IMG/VR virus record: IMGVR_UViG_3300012920_000041
Location: 1-60,541 of that record
Source: a virus
Taxonomy: Duplodnaviria > Caudoviricetes
DNA length: 60,541 nucleotides
Strand: one strand, 5' to 3'
In this document: positions 8,985 through 17,300 of the stretch, one piece after another
Layout of the letters: every line of letters starts with the position of its first letter
How positions within the stretch are numbered: the first letter of the stretch is position 1
Translations under genes and position numbers: made by a program
The notes under the pieces: generated by a model
What the model was told of the DNA's origin: nothing
Database searches by the model: none
The model's input: the letters and a program-made list of their open reading frames with translations, nothing else

Positions 8985-9953
8985 ATGAGTTTATTTAATG
9001 AAAGAATTCCTTATAAGCCTTTTGAATATCCTGAATATTATACAGAGGGTTGGCTTAAACAAGCTCAAGCCTTTTGGCTTCATACGGAGATACCGATGTC
9101 AGGCGATGTTAAGGACTGGAAAGAAAGGCTCACCAATGGGGAAAGGCATCTCGTTGGAAATATACTTTTGGGATTTGCGCAAACAGAATGTGCGGTATCT
9201 GATTATTGGACTCAGAAAGTTGTTAACTGGTTCCCAAAGCATGAAATACAACAGATGGCAATGATGTTTGGAAGCCAAGAAACAATTCATGCCGTAGCTT
9301 ATAGTTACTTAAATGAAACATTAGGATTAGAAAATTTTGAAGGTTTTTTACACGAGCCTGCAACCGCCGCACGATTTGATAATTTAGTAAGTTATGATGG
9401 TAAAGAAGCAAAAGGTATTGGACGATCACTTGCAATATTTAGTGCATTTGCTGAAGGAGTTTCACTATATTCTGCTTTTGCTGTTTTATATAGCTTTCAA
9501 TTACGAAATTTATTAAAAGGTATAGGCCAGCAAATGAAATGGAGTGTAAGAGATGAATCGTTGCATTCTAAAATGGGATGTCAGTTATTTAGACATATGT
9601 GTAAAGAAATACCAAATTTACAAAACGATTGTTATGATGATGTTATTAAAGCGGCCAAAACAATGCTTAGCGCCGAAGAAAATTATATTGATAAAATGTT
9701 TGAAAAAGGAGACATCGAAAACCTTAAAGCTTACGACCTCAAACAATTTATCAGGAAACGTCTTAATGAAAAAATTACAGAACTCGGTTACAGCAACGGA
9801 CGGGAGTACTTTGAATTTGACGAAATCGGAGCAAGTAATCTTGACTGGTTCTATCATCTTACCGGGGGGCATACTCATACTGATTTTTTTGCTATTCGGC
9901 CAACAGATTATTCAAAAGCTAATGAAGGTGAAGACTTTGATGACATATGGTAA
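8985..9953 (+). CDS. nrdB: Ribonucleotide reductase class I beta subunit
   Basis: FW...E, ETIHAVAY (radical Tyr), EGVSLYSAF, RDESLH diiron motifs; DFFAIRPTDY. Confidence 0.95.
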   Translation: MSLFNERIPYKPFEYPEYYTEGWLKQAQAFWLHTEIPMSGDVKDWKERLTNGERHLVGNILLGFAQTECAVSDYWTQKVVNWFPKHEIQQMAMMFGSQETIHAVAYSYLNETLGLENFEGFLHEPATAARFDNLVSYDGKEAKGIGRSLAIFSAFAEGVSLYSAFAVLYSFQLRNLLKGIGQQMKWSVRDESLHSKMGCQLFRHMCKEIPNLQNDCYDDVIKAAKTMLSAEENYIDKMFEKGDIENLKAYDLKQFIRKRLNEKITELGYSNGREYFEFDEIGASNLDWFYHLTGGHTHTDFFAIRPTDYSKANEGEDFDDIW

Positions 9954-10102
9954 AAAAAAATATAATTAAATGTAGCCAATGCGATAAAGAGTTCCCCGGA
10001 GGATTTGAATATAGAGAACATTGGGAAAAAAAACATTTTTATCCTTACTTAAAAAAAAATTCTTTTAATTATGAAAAAGCAAAGGCAGATGCCTATAAAT
10101 AA
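9947..10102 (+). CDS. C2H2 zinc-finger microprotein (51 aa, not in ORF track)
   Basis: MVKKNIIKCSQCDKEFPGGFEYREHWEKKH...: C-x2-C-x12-H-x4-H. Confidence 0.65.
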   Translation: MVKKNIIKCSQCDKEFPGGFEYREHWEKKHFYPYLKKNSFNYEKAKADAYK

Positions 10103-10256
10103 AATTTGGAGAATTTGGGCAAAAGCTTTAGGAGAAAAAGCTGAAGAAAATGCAGATAAAGTTGCTTTTGTAAGAACGTTATTAATTGCACAAGCAATTA
10201 TAACAAACATTTTAATTTCTATTAATATTATTTTAAATTGGTTATATGTGGAATAA
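10071..10256 (+). CDS. Small membrane protein
   Basis: IWAKALGEKA...ADKVAFVRT followed by a hydrophobic helix. Confidence 0.6.
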   Translation: MKKQRQMPINKIWRIWAKALGEKAEENADKVAFVRTLLIAQAIITNILISINIILNWLYVE

Positions 10257-11994
10257 CGATTGGATAAAAGGAAAAGACTATCCTGCTTGGGGTGATACAG
10301 AAGTATATAAAAAAACAATTGCCGGAGGGTATTTAGTTTATGATGAAACACCTCGTGATGCTTATATGCGAGTTGCTAAAACAGTAGCTAGAAGATTATA
10401 TAAACCAGAACTAGCAGATAAATTTTTTCAATATATATGGGATGGGTGGTTATGTTTAGCCTCTCCTGTTTTATCTAATACAGGAACTGATAGGGGATTA
10501 CCTATAAGTTGTTTTGGGATTGATGTTGCGGATAGTGTACATGATATAGGAAAAAAAAATTTAGAAATGATGATACTTGCTAAGCATGGCGGGGGAGTAG
10601 GTATCGGAATTAATATGATTAGACCCGCAGGATCAAAAATTACAGGTAATGGAACTTCAGATGGCGTTGTTCCTTTTTGTAAAATATATGACTCAACTAT
10701 CCTCGCAACCAACCAAGGTTCAGTTAGGAGAGGAGCTGCAAGCGTTAATATAAATATTGAACACAATGACTTCCTTGAGTGGCTTGAAATTAGAGAACCA
10801 AAAGGTGACGTTAACAGACAGTCTCTTAACCTCCATCAGTGTGCTGTTGTTGGTGATAAATTTATGCGAAAATTACAAGCAGGAAATTCAGACGCAAGAA
10901 CAAAATGGTCAAAGCTTATTCAAAAACGTAAAGCAACTGGAGAGCCTTATATCTTATTCAAAGGAAATACAAACAAAAATAATCCAGAAGCATATAAAAA
11001 AAATAGTTTAAAGGTACATATGACAAACATATGTAGTGAAATAGTATTACATACAGATGAATCACATAGCTTCGTGTGTTGTTTATCATCTGTCAATTTA
11101 GATAAATATAATGAATGGAAGAATACGAATTTAATTTACGACGCGACTTGGTTCCTAGACGGTGTGCTAGAAGAATTTATTCAAAAGGCGAAGAATATGA
11201 AGGGATTCGAGAACTCTGTACGGAGTGCAGAGAAAGGTCGCGCACTTGGACTGGGTGTCCTTGGGTGGCACAGTCTATTACAAAAAAGCGGTATAGCTTT
11301 CGAAAGCTTATTAGCTCAATACAAAACGCGGGAAATTTTTTCAAAACTAAAATTAGAAACTGAACGAGCGTCTAGAGCATTAGCCGAAACATACGGGGAA
11401 CCATTATGGTGTGTAGGAACAGGGATGCGTAATACTCATTTACGAGCTATTGCTCCAACGGTTTCAAATAGCAAATTAGCCGGTAATGTATCGCCAGGAA
11501 TTGAACCATGGGCTGCTAATGTTTTTACAGATCAATCTGCTAAAGGAACTTTTATTAGAAAAAATAAAGAATTAAAAAAACTTTTAAGAAAGGTAGGAAT
11601 CGACACTAAAGAAACATGGGATAAAATCCTTGAAGATGGTGGTTCTATTCAAGATATTAAGGAACTTGATGAATGGTATTACGATAACTTAGGCAAATTA
11701 ACTAATGAAAAAGAAAATAATGAGCCTGCAAAAAATGTATTTAAAACATTTAAAGAAATAAATCAATTAGAGCTTGTTCGACAAGCTGGTATTAGACAAG
11801 ATTATATTGATCAGGCAGTAAGTTTAAATTTAGCTTTTCCCTCTGTAGCTACACCAAGATGGATAAATAATGTACATATTGAGGCGTGGAAAAGAGGTAT
11901 AAAAACTTTATATTATACTAGAACAGAATCAGTACTTAGAGGAGATATAGCGGCTAAAGCTATGGATCCTGATTGTGTAAGTTGTGATGGTTAA
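10246..11994 (+). CDS. nrdA: Ribonucleotide reductase class I alpha subunit (no ATP cone)
   Basis: PISCF, GGGVG, RRGA, TNICSEI, CCLSS, LGLGVLG, AIAPT, KTLYY, C-terminal CVSC. Confidence 0.95.
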   Translation: MWNNDWIKGKDYPAWGDTEVYKKTIAGGYLVYDETPRDAYMRVAKTVARRLYKPELADKFFQYIWDGWLCLASPVLSNTGTDRGLPISCFGIDVADSVHDIGKKNLEMMILAKHGGGVGIGINMIRPAGSKITGNGTSDGVVPFCKIYDSTILATNQGSVRRGAASVNINIEHNDFLEWLEIREPKGDVNRQSLNLHQCAVVGDKFMRKLQAGNSDARTKWSKLIQKRKATGEPYILFKGNTNKNNPEAYKKNSLKVHMTNICSEIVLHTDESHSFVCCLSSVNLDKYNEWKNTNLIYDATWFLDGVLEEFIQKAKNMKGFENSVRSAEKGRALGLGVLGWHSLLQKSGIAFESLLAQYKTREIFSKLKLETERASRALAETYGEPLWCVGTGMRNTHLRAIAPTVSNSKLAGNVSPGIEPWAANVFTDQSAKGTFIRKNKELKKLLRKVGIDTKETWDKILEDGGSIQDIKELDEWYYDNLGKLTNEKENNEPAKNVFKTFKEINQLELVRQAGIRQDYIDQAVSLNLAFPSVATPRWINNVHIEAWKRGIKTLYYTRTESVLRGDIAAKAMDPDCVSCDG

Positions 11995-11997
11995 ATT

Positions 11998-12342
11998 TTA
12001 ATAGGTCCATATTGTTTGCTTAGGAGCATCAGGATAACCAATTCCTAAATGAATAAACCCTTTTTTTCTACTAATACCAATTCTTTCAAATCCAACATTT
12101 ATAGCAGCCTTTACTAATAAAAAAGTTTTATTTCCTCCAACACTTTCTATATCTACAGCAGCACCATACGAATGTTCTCCCGGTTCTTTTTTAGCTGCTT
12201 CAATTGGATGATCTGGACTTCTATAATCTGAAGTTATTTTAATAGGATTTCCATATTCTTCCCTTAATTCATCTAACATATTTAATAAAGTTTGATCCAT
12301 CATTTCAAAATTATTAAATTCTGATTTTTTAAAATATTTCAT
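11998..12342 (-). CDS. Endolysin, peptidase M15 family
   Basis: ITSDYRS, HSYGAAVDI, FIHL zinc-peptidase motifs. Confidence 0.88.
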   Translation of the reverse strand: MKYFKKSEFNNFEMMDQTLLNMLDELREEYGNPIKITSDYRSPDHPIEAAKKEPGEHSYGAAVDIESVGGNKTFLLVKAAINVGFERIGISRKKGFIHLGIGYPDAPKQTIWTY

Positions 12343-12521
12343 TTATTTTTTTTCATTTCGTTATATAAATGCTGAGCTAAAACAACTTGTTTTTTATCTG
12401 TAATATCAATATTTTTTGTTTTTTCTTTAAATTCAGCTAATAAATCGCTTTTAGTAGAAGCGCAGTTAGTTAAATTAATCATTATTACTATTACAAGTAC
12501 ATTTTTTAAAATTTTTATCAT
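12339..12521 (-). CDS. Small lipoprotein (possible spanin component)
   Basis: Signal MIKILKNVLVIVIMINLTN-C with lipobox-like Cys; adjacent to endolysin. Confidence 0.55.
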   Translation of the reverse strand: MIKILKNVLVIVIMINLTNCASTKSDLLAEFKEKTKNIDITDKKQVVLAQHLYNEMKKNK

Positions 12522-12645
12522 AATTGTTTGTTTGTGCGATATGTATTTCAATAAGCGCGTTAGTTAGTTCGTTGATACTCTTACGTATCTCCTTTAATTC
12601 ATTTCTGATTCCATTTGATTTGATTGAAATAACGTCTTTGCTCAT
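12475..12645 (-). CDS. Small coiled-coil protein (56 aa, not in ORF track)
   Basis: MSKDVISIKSNGIRNELKEIRKSINELTNALIE...; overlaps the lipoprotein start. Confidence 0.5.
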   Translation of the reverse strand: MSKDVISIKSNGIRNELKEIRKSINELTNALIEIHIAQTNNYDKNFKKCTCNSNND

Positions 12646-12650
12646 GATAT

Positions 12651-12941
12651 TTAGTTATTTATTTTGGTATCTAAGTAAGTACACGCGGCTGTTTTAATAA
12701 AACCAGGCACCCATTTTGAAGTTCGACAAATAGAGGGTCTGCTAGCATATATAGAGCATCTAGCTTTTTCGTTGTCATAATTACTACAGTATCCGTTTGC
12801 CTTTTCTTTTAATCCTGCTTTTTTGGCAGCGTTTTTTATTTTTACTGGAAGCTCACTTAATTTGCAACAAGCACCGCAATTCCAGCAATTCCATTTTATT
12901 TTTCTCCACATTTTTTGCTGGGGTTTGCAACTTGTCTCCAA
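12651..12941 (-). CDS. YkgJ-family CxxCxxCC putative Fe-S/zinc protein
   Basis: CWNCGACC ... C.NYD....RCSIY..RP..CR; start may be ATG 12911. Confidence 0.8.
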   Translation of the reverse strand: METSCKPQQKMWRKIKWNCWNCGACCKLSELPVKIKNAAKKAGLKEKANGYCSNYDNEKARCSIYASRPSICRTSKWVPGFIKTAACTYLDTKINN

Positions 12942-13180
12942 TCTTCTTTTTTAAACCAATCTCTAAGAGTAGCTCCAGGTTTACTTGCTCCTTTAACATT
13001 AGTTTTTGAGTCTCTTTTATACTTACCAGCTTTGCCGGCTTTTCTTTTAGCACGAATAACTTTATCTCTTTCGGCTTTACTCATACTTCTAATTTTACGA
13101 AGAGGCAAACATGCTTTCGTTGTTCCTCCGCCTTTTTGTTTTAATACAGGAGATTTATTTTTTTGAAAACGCATAGCCAT
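12896..13180 (-). CDS. Small basic protein
   Basis: K/R-rich 94 aa, LRDWFKKEDW motif. Confidence 0.65.
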   Translation of the reverse strand: MAMRFQKNKSPVLKQKGGGTTKACLPLRKIRSMSKAERDKVIRAKRKAGKAGKYKRDSKTNVKGASKPGATLRDWFKKEDWRQVANPSKKCGEK

Positions 13181-13718
13181 TAGTTTTTAAATATTGATAC
13201 ATACGATCACCAACTTCTTTTCCAAAATCACTGTCTGATTTAAAATGTGCTCTACCTATATTTCTGCTATCAGAAATATCATTTGCTTCTTTTTGATATT
13301 GAAATTTTAATTGAGGAAATTCGTCACTTAGCATATTTGCTATTAATTTTGATTGTGCGGAATGCCCAGAAGGATAAGAGGGAGTTTTCATAGATTTTAA
13401 TTCTACATTTTCCATATTCATTCCTAAATTTTTAGCAACCGTTTTAGGCCTAGGTCTATTAAAATAATTTTTTAAACCTTTAATAACTTCGCTAGAATCA
13501 TCTTGTAATTTTTGAACGTCTTCACGAGGAAAATTTAATCCAGCTTGTTTATTTATATTTTCAAAATTACTAATTATATCATCTTTTTGAACTACAAAAT
13601 TTTTATTTAATTCTATATTATTTAAATCTTGTAATTCTTTAAATGTTTGTAAAGAATTATCTGCTGGAGGATTCCTAAGTGTTAATTCAGTGGTATCAAA
13701 ATTTTCAAATAAATTCAT
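13155..13718 (-). CDS. PAP2 / vanadium-haloperoxidase superfamily phosphatase
   Basis: All three motifs: KNYFNRPRP, SYPSGHS, SRNIGRAHFKSD. Confidence 0.88.
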   Translation of the reverse strand: MNLFENFDTTELTLRNPPADNSLQTFKELQDLNNIELNKNFVVQKDDIISNFENINKQAGLNFPREDVQKLQDDSSEVIKGLKNYFNRPRPKTVAKNLGMNMENVELKSMKTPSYPSGHSAQSKLIANMLSDEFPQLKFQYQKEANDISDSRNIGRAHFKSDSDFGKEVGDRMYQYLKTNGYAFSKK

Positions 13719-13951
13719 TAGCCTAATTTTTTCATCGCTTTGTTTCTAGCGCATTTCATTTTTTTTGCATATGCAGGATTTTTTTTACGATTAAAAACTA
13801 TTTGTTGATTTAAACTTCCAACAATTGCTTTTTTATTTCCTTTACGGCTTTTAATCATAAAGTCTGCTAAATCACTACAATTTAATTGTTTAAATTTCCC
13901 TTTAGCGTCTGCATATTTACTTTCTTTAAATTCAGGTCTTTTTTCTGCCAT
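13718..13951 (-). CDS. Small basic protein
   Basis: K-rich 77-aa ORF coupled to neighbours. Confidence 0.65.
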   Translation of the reverse strand: MAEKRPEFKESKYADAKGKFKQLNCSDLADFMIKSRKGNKKAIVGSLNQQIVFNRKKNPAYAKKMKCARNKAMKKLG

Positions 13952-14219
13952 GTTTTCTTCGTACTTTATTTTTGCATGCTTTAGCTATTGCCGCTTGTTT
14001 TGGTTTTTTACCAAATCTTGCGCGCTGTTCTAATACAGTTAATATTTGTATTTTTCTAGCAAAAGGTTTATTAATATTAATTACTTTACTACAAGTTGCT
14101 CGAGCATCAGCCTCTGTAGCATATTTAATTTTTACTGTGTCTTTAGGATTTTCGTCAGTATATAATCTACGGCTCGATCCTTTAGGTTTTTTTCCTGTAC
14201 CCTTTTTAGGATCTGCCAT
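13932..14219 (-). CDS. Small basic protein
   Basis: DPKKGTGKKPKGSSRRLYTDENPKDTV, 95 aa. Confidence 0.7.
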   Translation of the reverse strand: MADPKKGTGKKPKGSSRRLYTDENPKDTVKIKYATEADARATCSKVININKPFARKIQILTVLEQRARFGKKPKQAAIAKACKNKVRRKHGRKKT

Positions 14220-14374
14220 TATTTTTTTGATTTACCCATTTTTCCTGGGCCACCAGCGCGTGTACATCTTACTCCCCACCCCGAAGCATAAGCAGATGGC
14301 CATACTTTAAATTTTCTTTTAGCAGCCGCTTTACAAGGCCCGCTAATTTTTTCTAATATTGGTGTTTTTTTCAT
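14219..14374 (-). CDS. Small basic protein (51 aa, not in ORF track)
   Basis: MKKTPILEKISGPCKAAAKRKFKVWPSAYASGWGVRC...; stop overlaps the next start (TAATG). Confidence 0.65.
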   Translation of the reverse strand: MKKTPILEKISGPCKAAAKRKFKVWPSAYASGWGVRCTRAGGPGKMGKSKK

Positions 14375-14375
14375 A

Positions 14376-17300
14376 TTATTCTTCTATTACAAAATTATCT
14401 TCTATTACAAAATTATCATCTTCTATTACAAAATCATCTGTATTTTTATTTTTTGATTTTTTATCAATCCCTAATTCCCAATCTGACCAACCAAAAAGTA
14501 ATGCAGCTTGTTGCCACGCAGCCACGTCAGATCGAGTCATATTAACAATATTATCTGTTTTTCTTAATAATCTATCTAATGGAATATTTGTAGAAGCTGA
14601 AAGAGCATTTGCACCTGGCATATATAATTCTATATTTAAATAATCCTTTAGCTCTCTTGCCTTTTCAAATCCTTTTACAGCATATTTATATTGATCTCCA
14701 GCTCTAACTAATTTTTTTACTTTACTTTGAACAGGAGGTGAAATACCTACAGCTTCTAATGCAAGTACTCTTCCGTATTCTCGTTTATATTCAGCTTTAT
14801 CTGATTCGTCAATTAATTTTAATATAATATTTTTACCTGTAGCCACTCCAGCACCTGCAAAACCTAGTCCTCTTAAAAAACCATCCGCCATACCATTAGC
14901 TATTCGTAAATATTTTTTTTCTTTTTCTTTATCTGTTGGCTCTTCGTCATCAAAAGCAAAAGCAAATAAAGCGTTTTGTAATGCATTAAATATTAAATTT
15001 TGTACAACAGTATAATAAATAGCTTTAGATATATTTTCTATACGGCTACCACGGTTGTTTACAGCATCCGAGAGAGCTTTTTTAGTTAATCTAGCATATT
15101 GAGCCGGTGTATTAGCAAAAGCTAATATAAAGCGCCCTAATGGGCCTGCTTGCTGCGCGCTAATTCTATCAGGCCTACTAGATTGTTGTGCTTCTTCTGC
15201 AATTTCTCTAAAATCTAAAAATGCTTTTTCTTGCGCTTTCTTTTCAGATAAACCTTCTTTTTTATATTTATTTAATCTATTTCTATAAAATGTAGCACCT
15301 CCAGACGCAATTGCAAAACTATCAGCAAATTGCGTAGGTAAAAATCCGTATTGAAGCATTTTACTTATTACTCCTCTTGCACCACCTTCTTTTGCCATAT
15401 CGGCTATATCAGATTCGCTAACATTAAATCTTAAACCGCCACGTCTTTCTTTTAAGAAATCAGAATTAAATAAAAACATAAAGTCAGACCAATATTGTTT
15501 TTGATTACTAAAAGCTTTAGCCGCTTTAAATACATTATTATCAGAATAATTAATAAAGTTTATATTAGATATAGTTTGTAATAAAGCAGATCGGCTATTA
15601 AAAAACATAATTGCTCCAACTGAGTTATTAATCCAATCTGTAAATCTACCTGTAATTTCATCTTTATTATAACCACGATTTCTTCCCGTCTTCATTCGGG
15701 TTAAAATATTTTCTAATGCTTTTCTATATCCCGTACCATATACCGCTTGAAGTTTATTTAAATTATCTTTAGAAAATATAATATCTACATTTTGTTGCCA
15801 TTGTTGTAGCGCTTCTGCACGGCGAGTTGTATTAATAGCATTTATTAAATCTGTAGTAATAGTACCTGCTTCCCACCCCACATCAGGCTCAGGATAACCT
15901 TTGCCTTTATTTATATTAATTAAATTATTTGCAAATACAACTAGTTCATTATTATCAGCTACATAAGATATTAATTCACGAACATCAGCATCTTCAAGTC
16001 CTGGAACTTCCATGCCTTGCTTATTCCATATATAAGCGCGCACAGCTTGTTCTACAGTAAAATCATCGCCTGGTATTTTTTTACGTAAATTTTTAGGTAT
16101 AATTTTTAAATCTTTTTTTAATGTTTTATAATCTTCGAACAATGCTACCCTAGCCGAAGATATTTCATTCATAGCTCTAGCGTACGGATCTAATAAATTC
16201 TCTTTATACCAAGCCATTTGTTGCTCGCCAAGCTTTCCTTTGCCTAGAGTATTATATAATAATCCAACAAAGTCTTCTGCCGACGGCGGTATAAAAAACT
16301 TAAACCTTCCTTTATTAGCACCAACTGTTTTGGCTCTAGCATCACCGTATTTTTTTTCTTTAGCAATACCAGTTTTATTTTCAATTATTATGTTAAAATC
16401 CTGACTAAGTTTTTCGGTATCAAAAAATTCTTTACGTCTTTGTTTTATTTCCTCATCAAGTAATTTCATTTCATTTAAAACTGCTTGATTTGAACTTCCC
16501 TTTTTAAGTTGTTTACTTTTAGGTAATTTACTATTATTTTTAGCAGCTGCCTTCTTTTTTGAAAATGCTAGCTGTTTTAGTTCTTGACTTTCATTTTTAA
16601 TTTTAGAATCATAAGCTACATATATTGTTTCATTTAAATCAAAATTATCTTGAAAAGTATAACTATCCCAACCTAATTCTTTTGAAAATTTTGAAAGTAA
16701 TGCTTCATATAATTTTTTTCTACTTTCTCCTTTGCCAGTAAAAGTTACCGAATTAAATTTTTTATCTTTTATTAAATCAATTGTAGCATTAGCAACAACA
16801 CTAAATACCTTAATTGCATTTGTTTCTCCAGCCAAACTTGCACCTGTTGCTCTTACGCTGCCTTCCTCATCTTGAAATAATAATGTAATTGATTTAGGAT
16901 CTGTAATAAAAAAATCATCAGGAATGTCCTCTGTTGATTCTAAAATTTCATACTGTATATCATTATCATTAGATGTTGTAGTAATTTGATAATTAATATT
17001 TCCAATTTTAAAATTATATTTTTGAAATTGTTCATCACCAAATCTAGAATTTATTTCCCAATTACCATCTCCTTTTGTATTAAAACTAAAAAGTAAATCA
17101 TCGCCTACACCAGCTCTTAAATCAGTTTGTTGAGTTTTAGAAACTTTTTGAATTTCTGGTCCTTGAATTCTTACTTCTTGATTAGTTCCAGTTCTACCTA
17201 AAATATTAAGAATACCTTTTGCTGTTTGCGCTTCAGGGTCTCGTGGGCCTTTTGTTAGTTTATTATTTATAATTCCTACTGCCTCTAAAAGATCTTCATC

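Noticed and set aside
10246-11994. Intein or intron in nrdA (also checked helicase and terminase)
   Set aside because: Motifs are contiguous with ordinary spacing; no splicing or homing-endonuclease motifs seen
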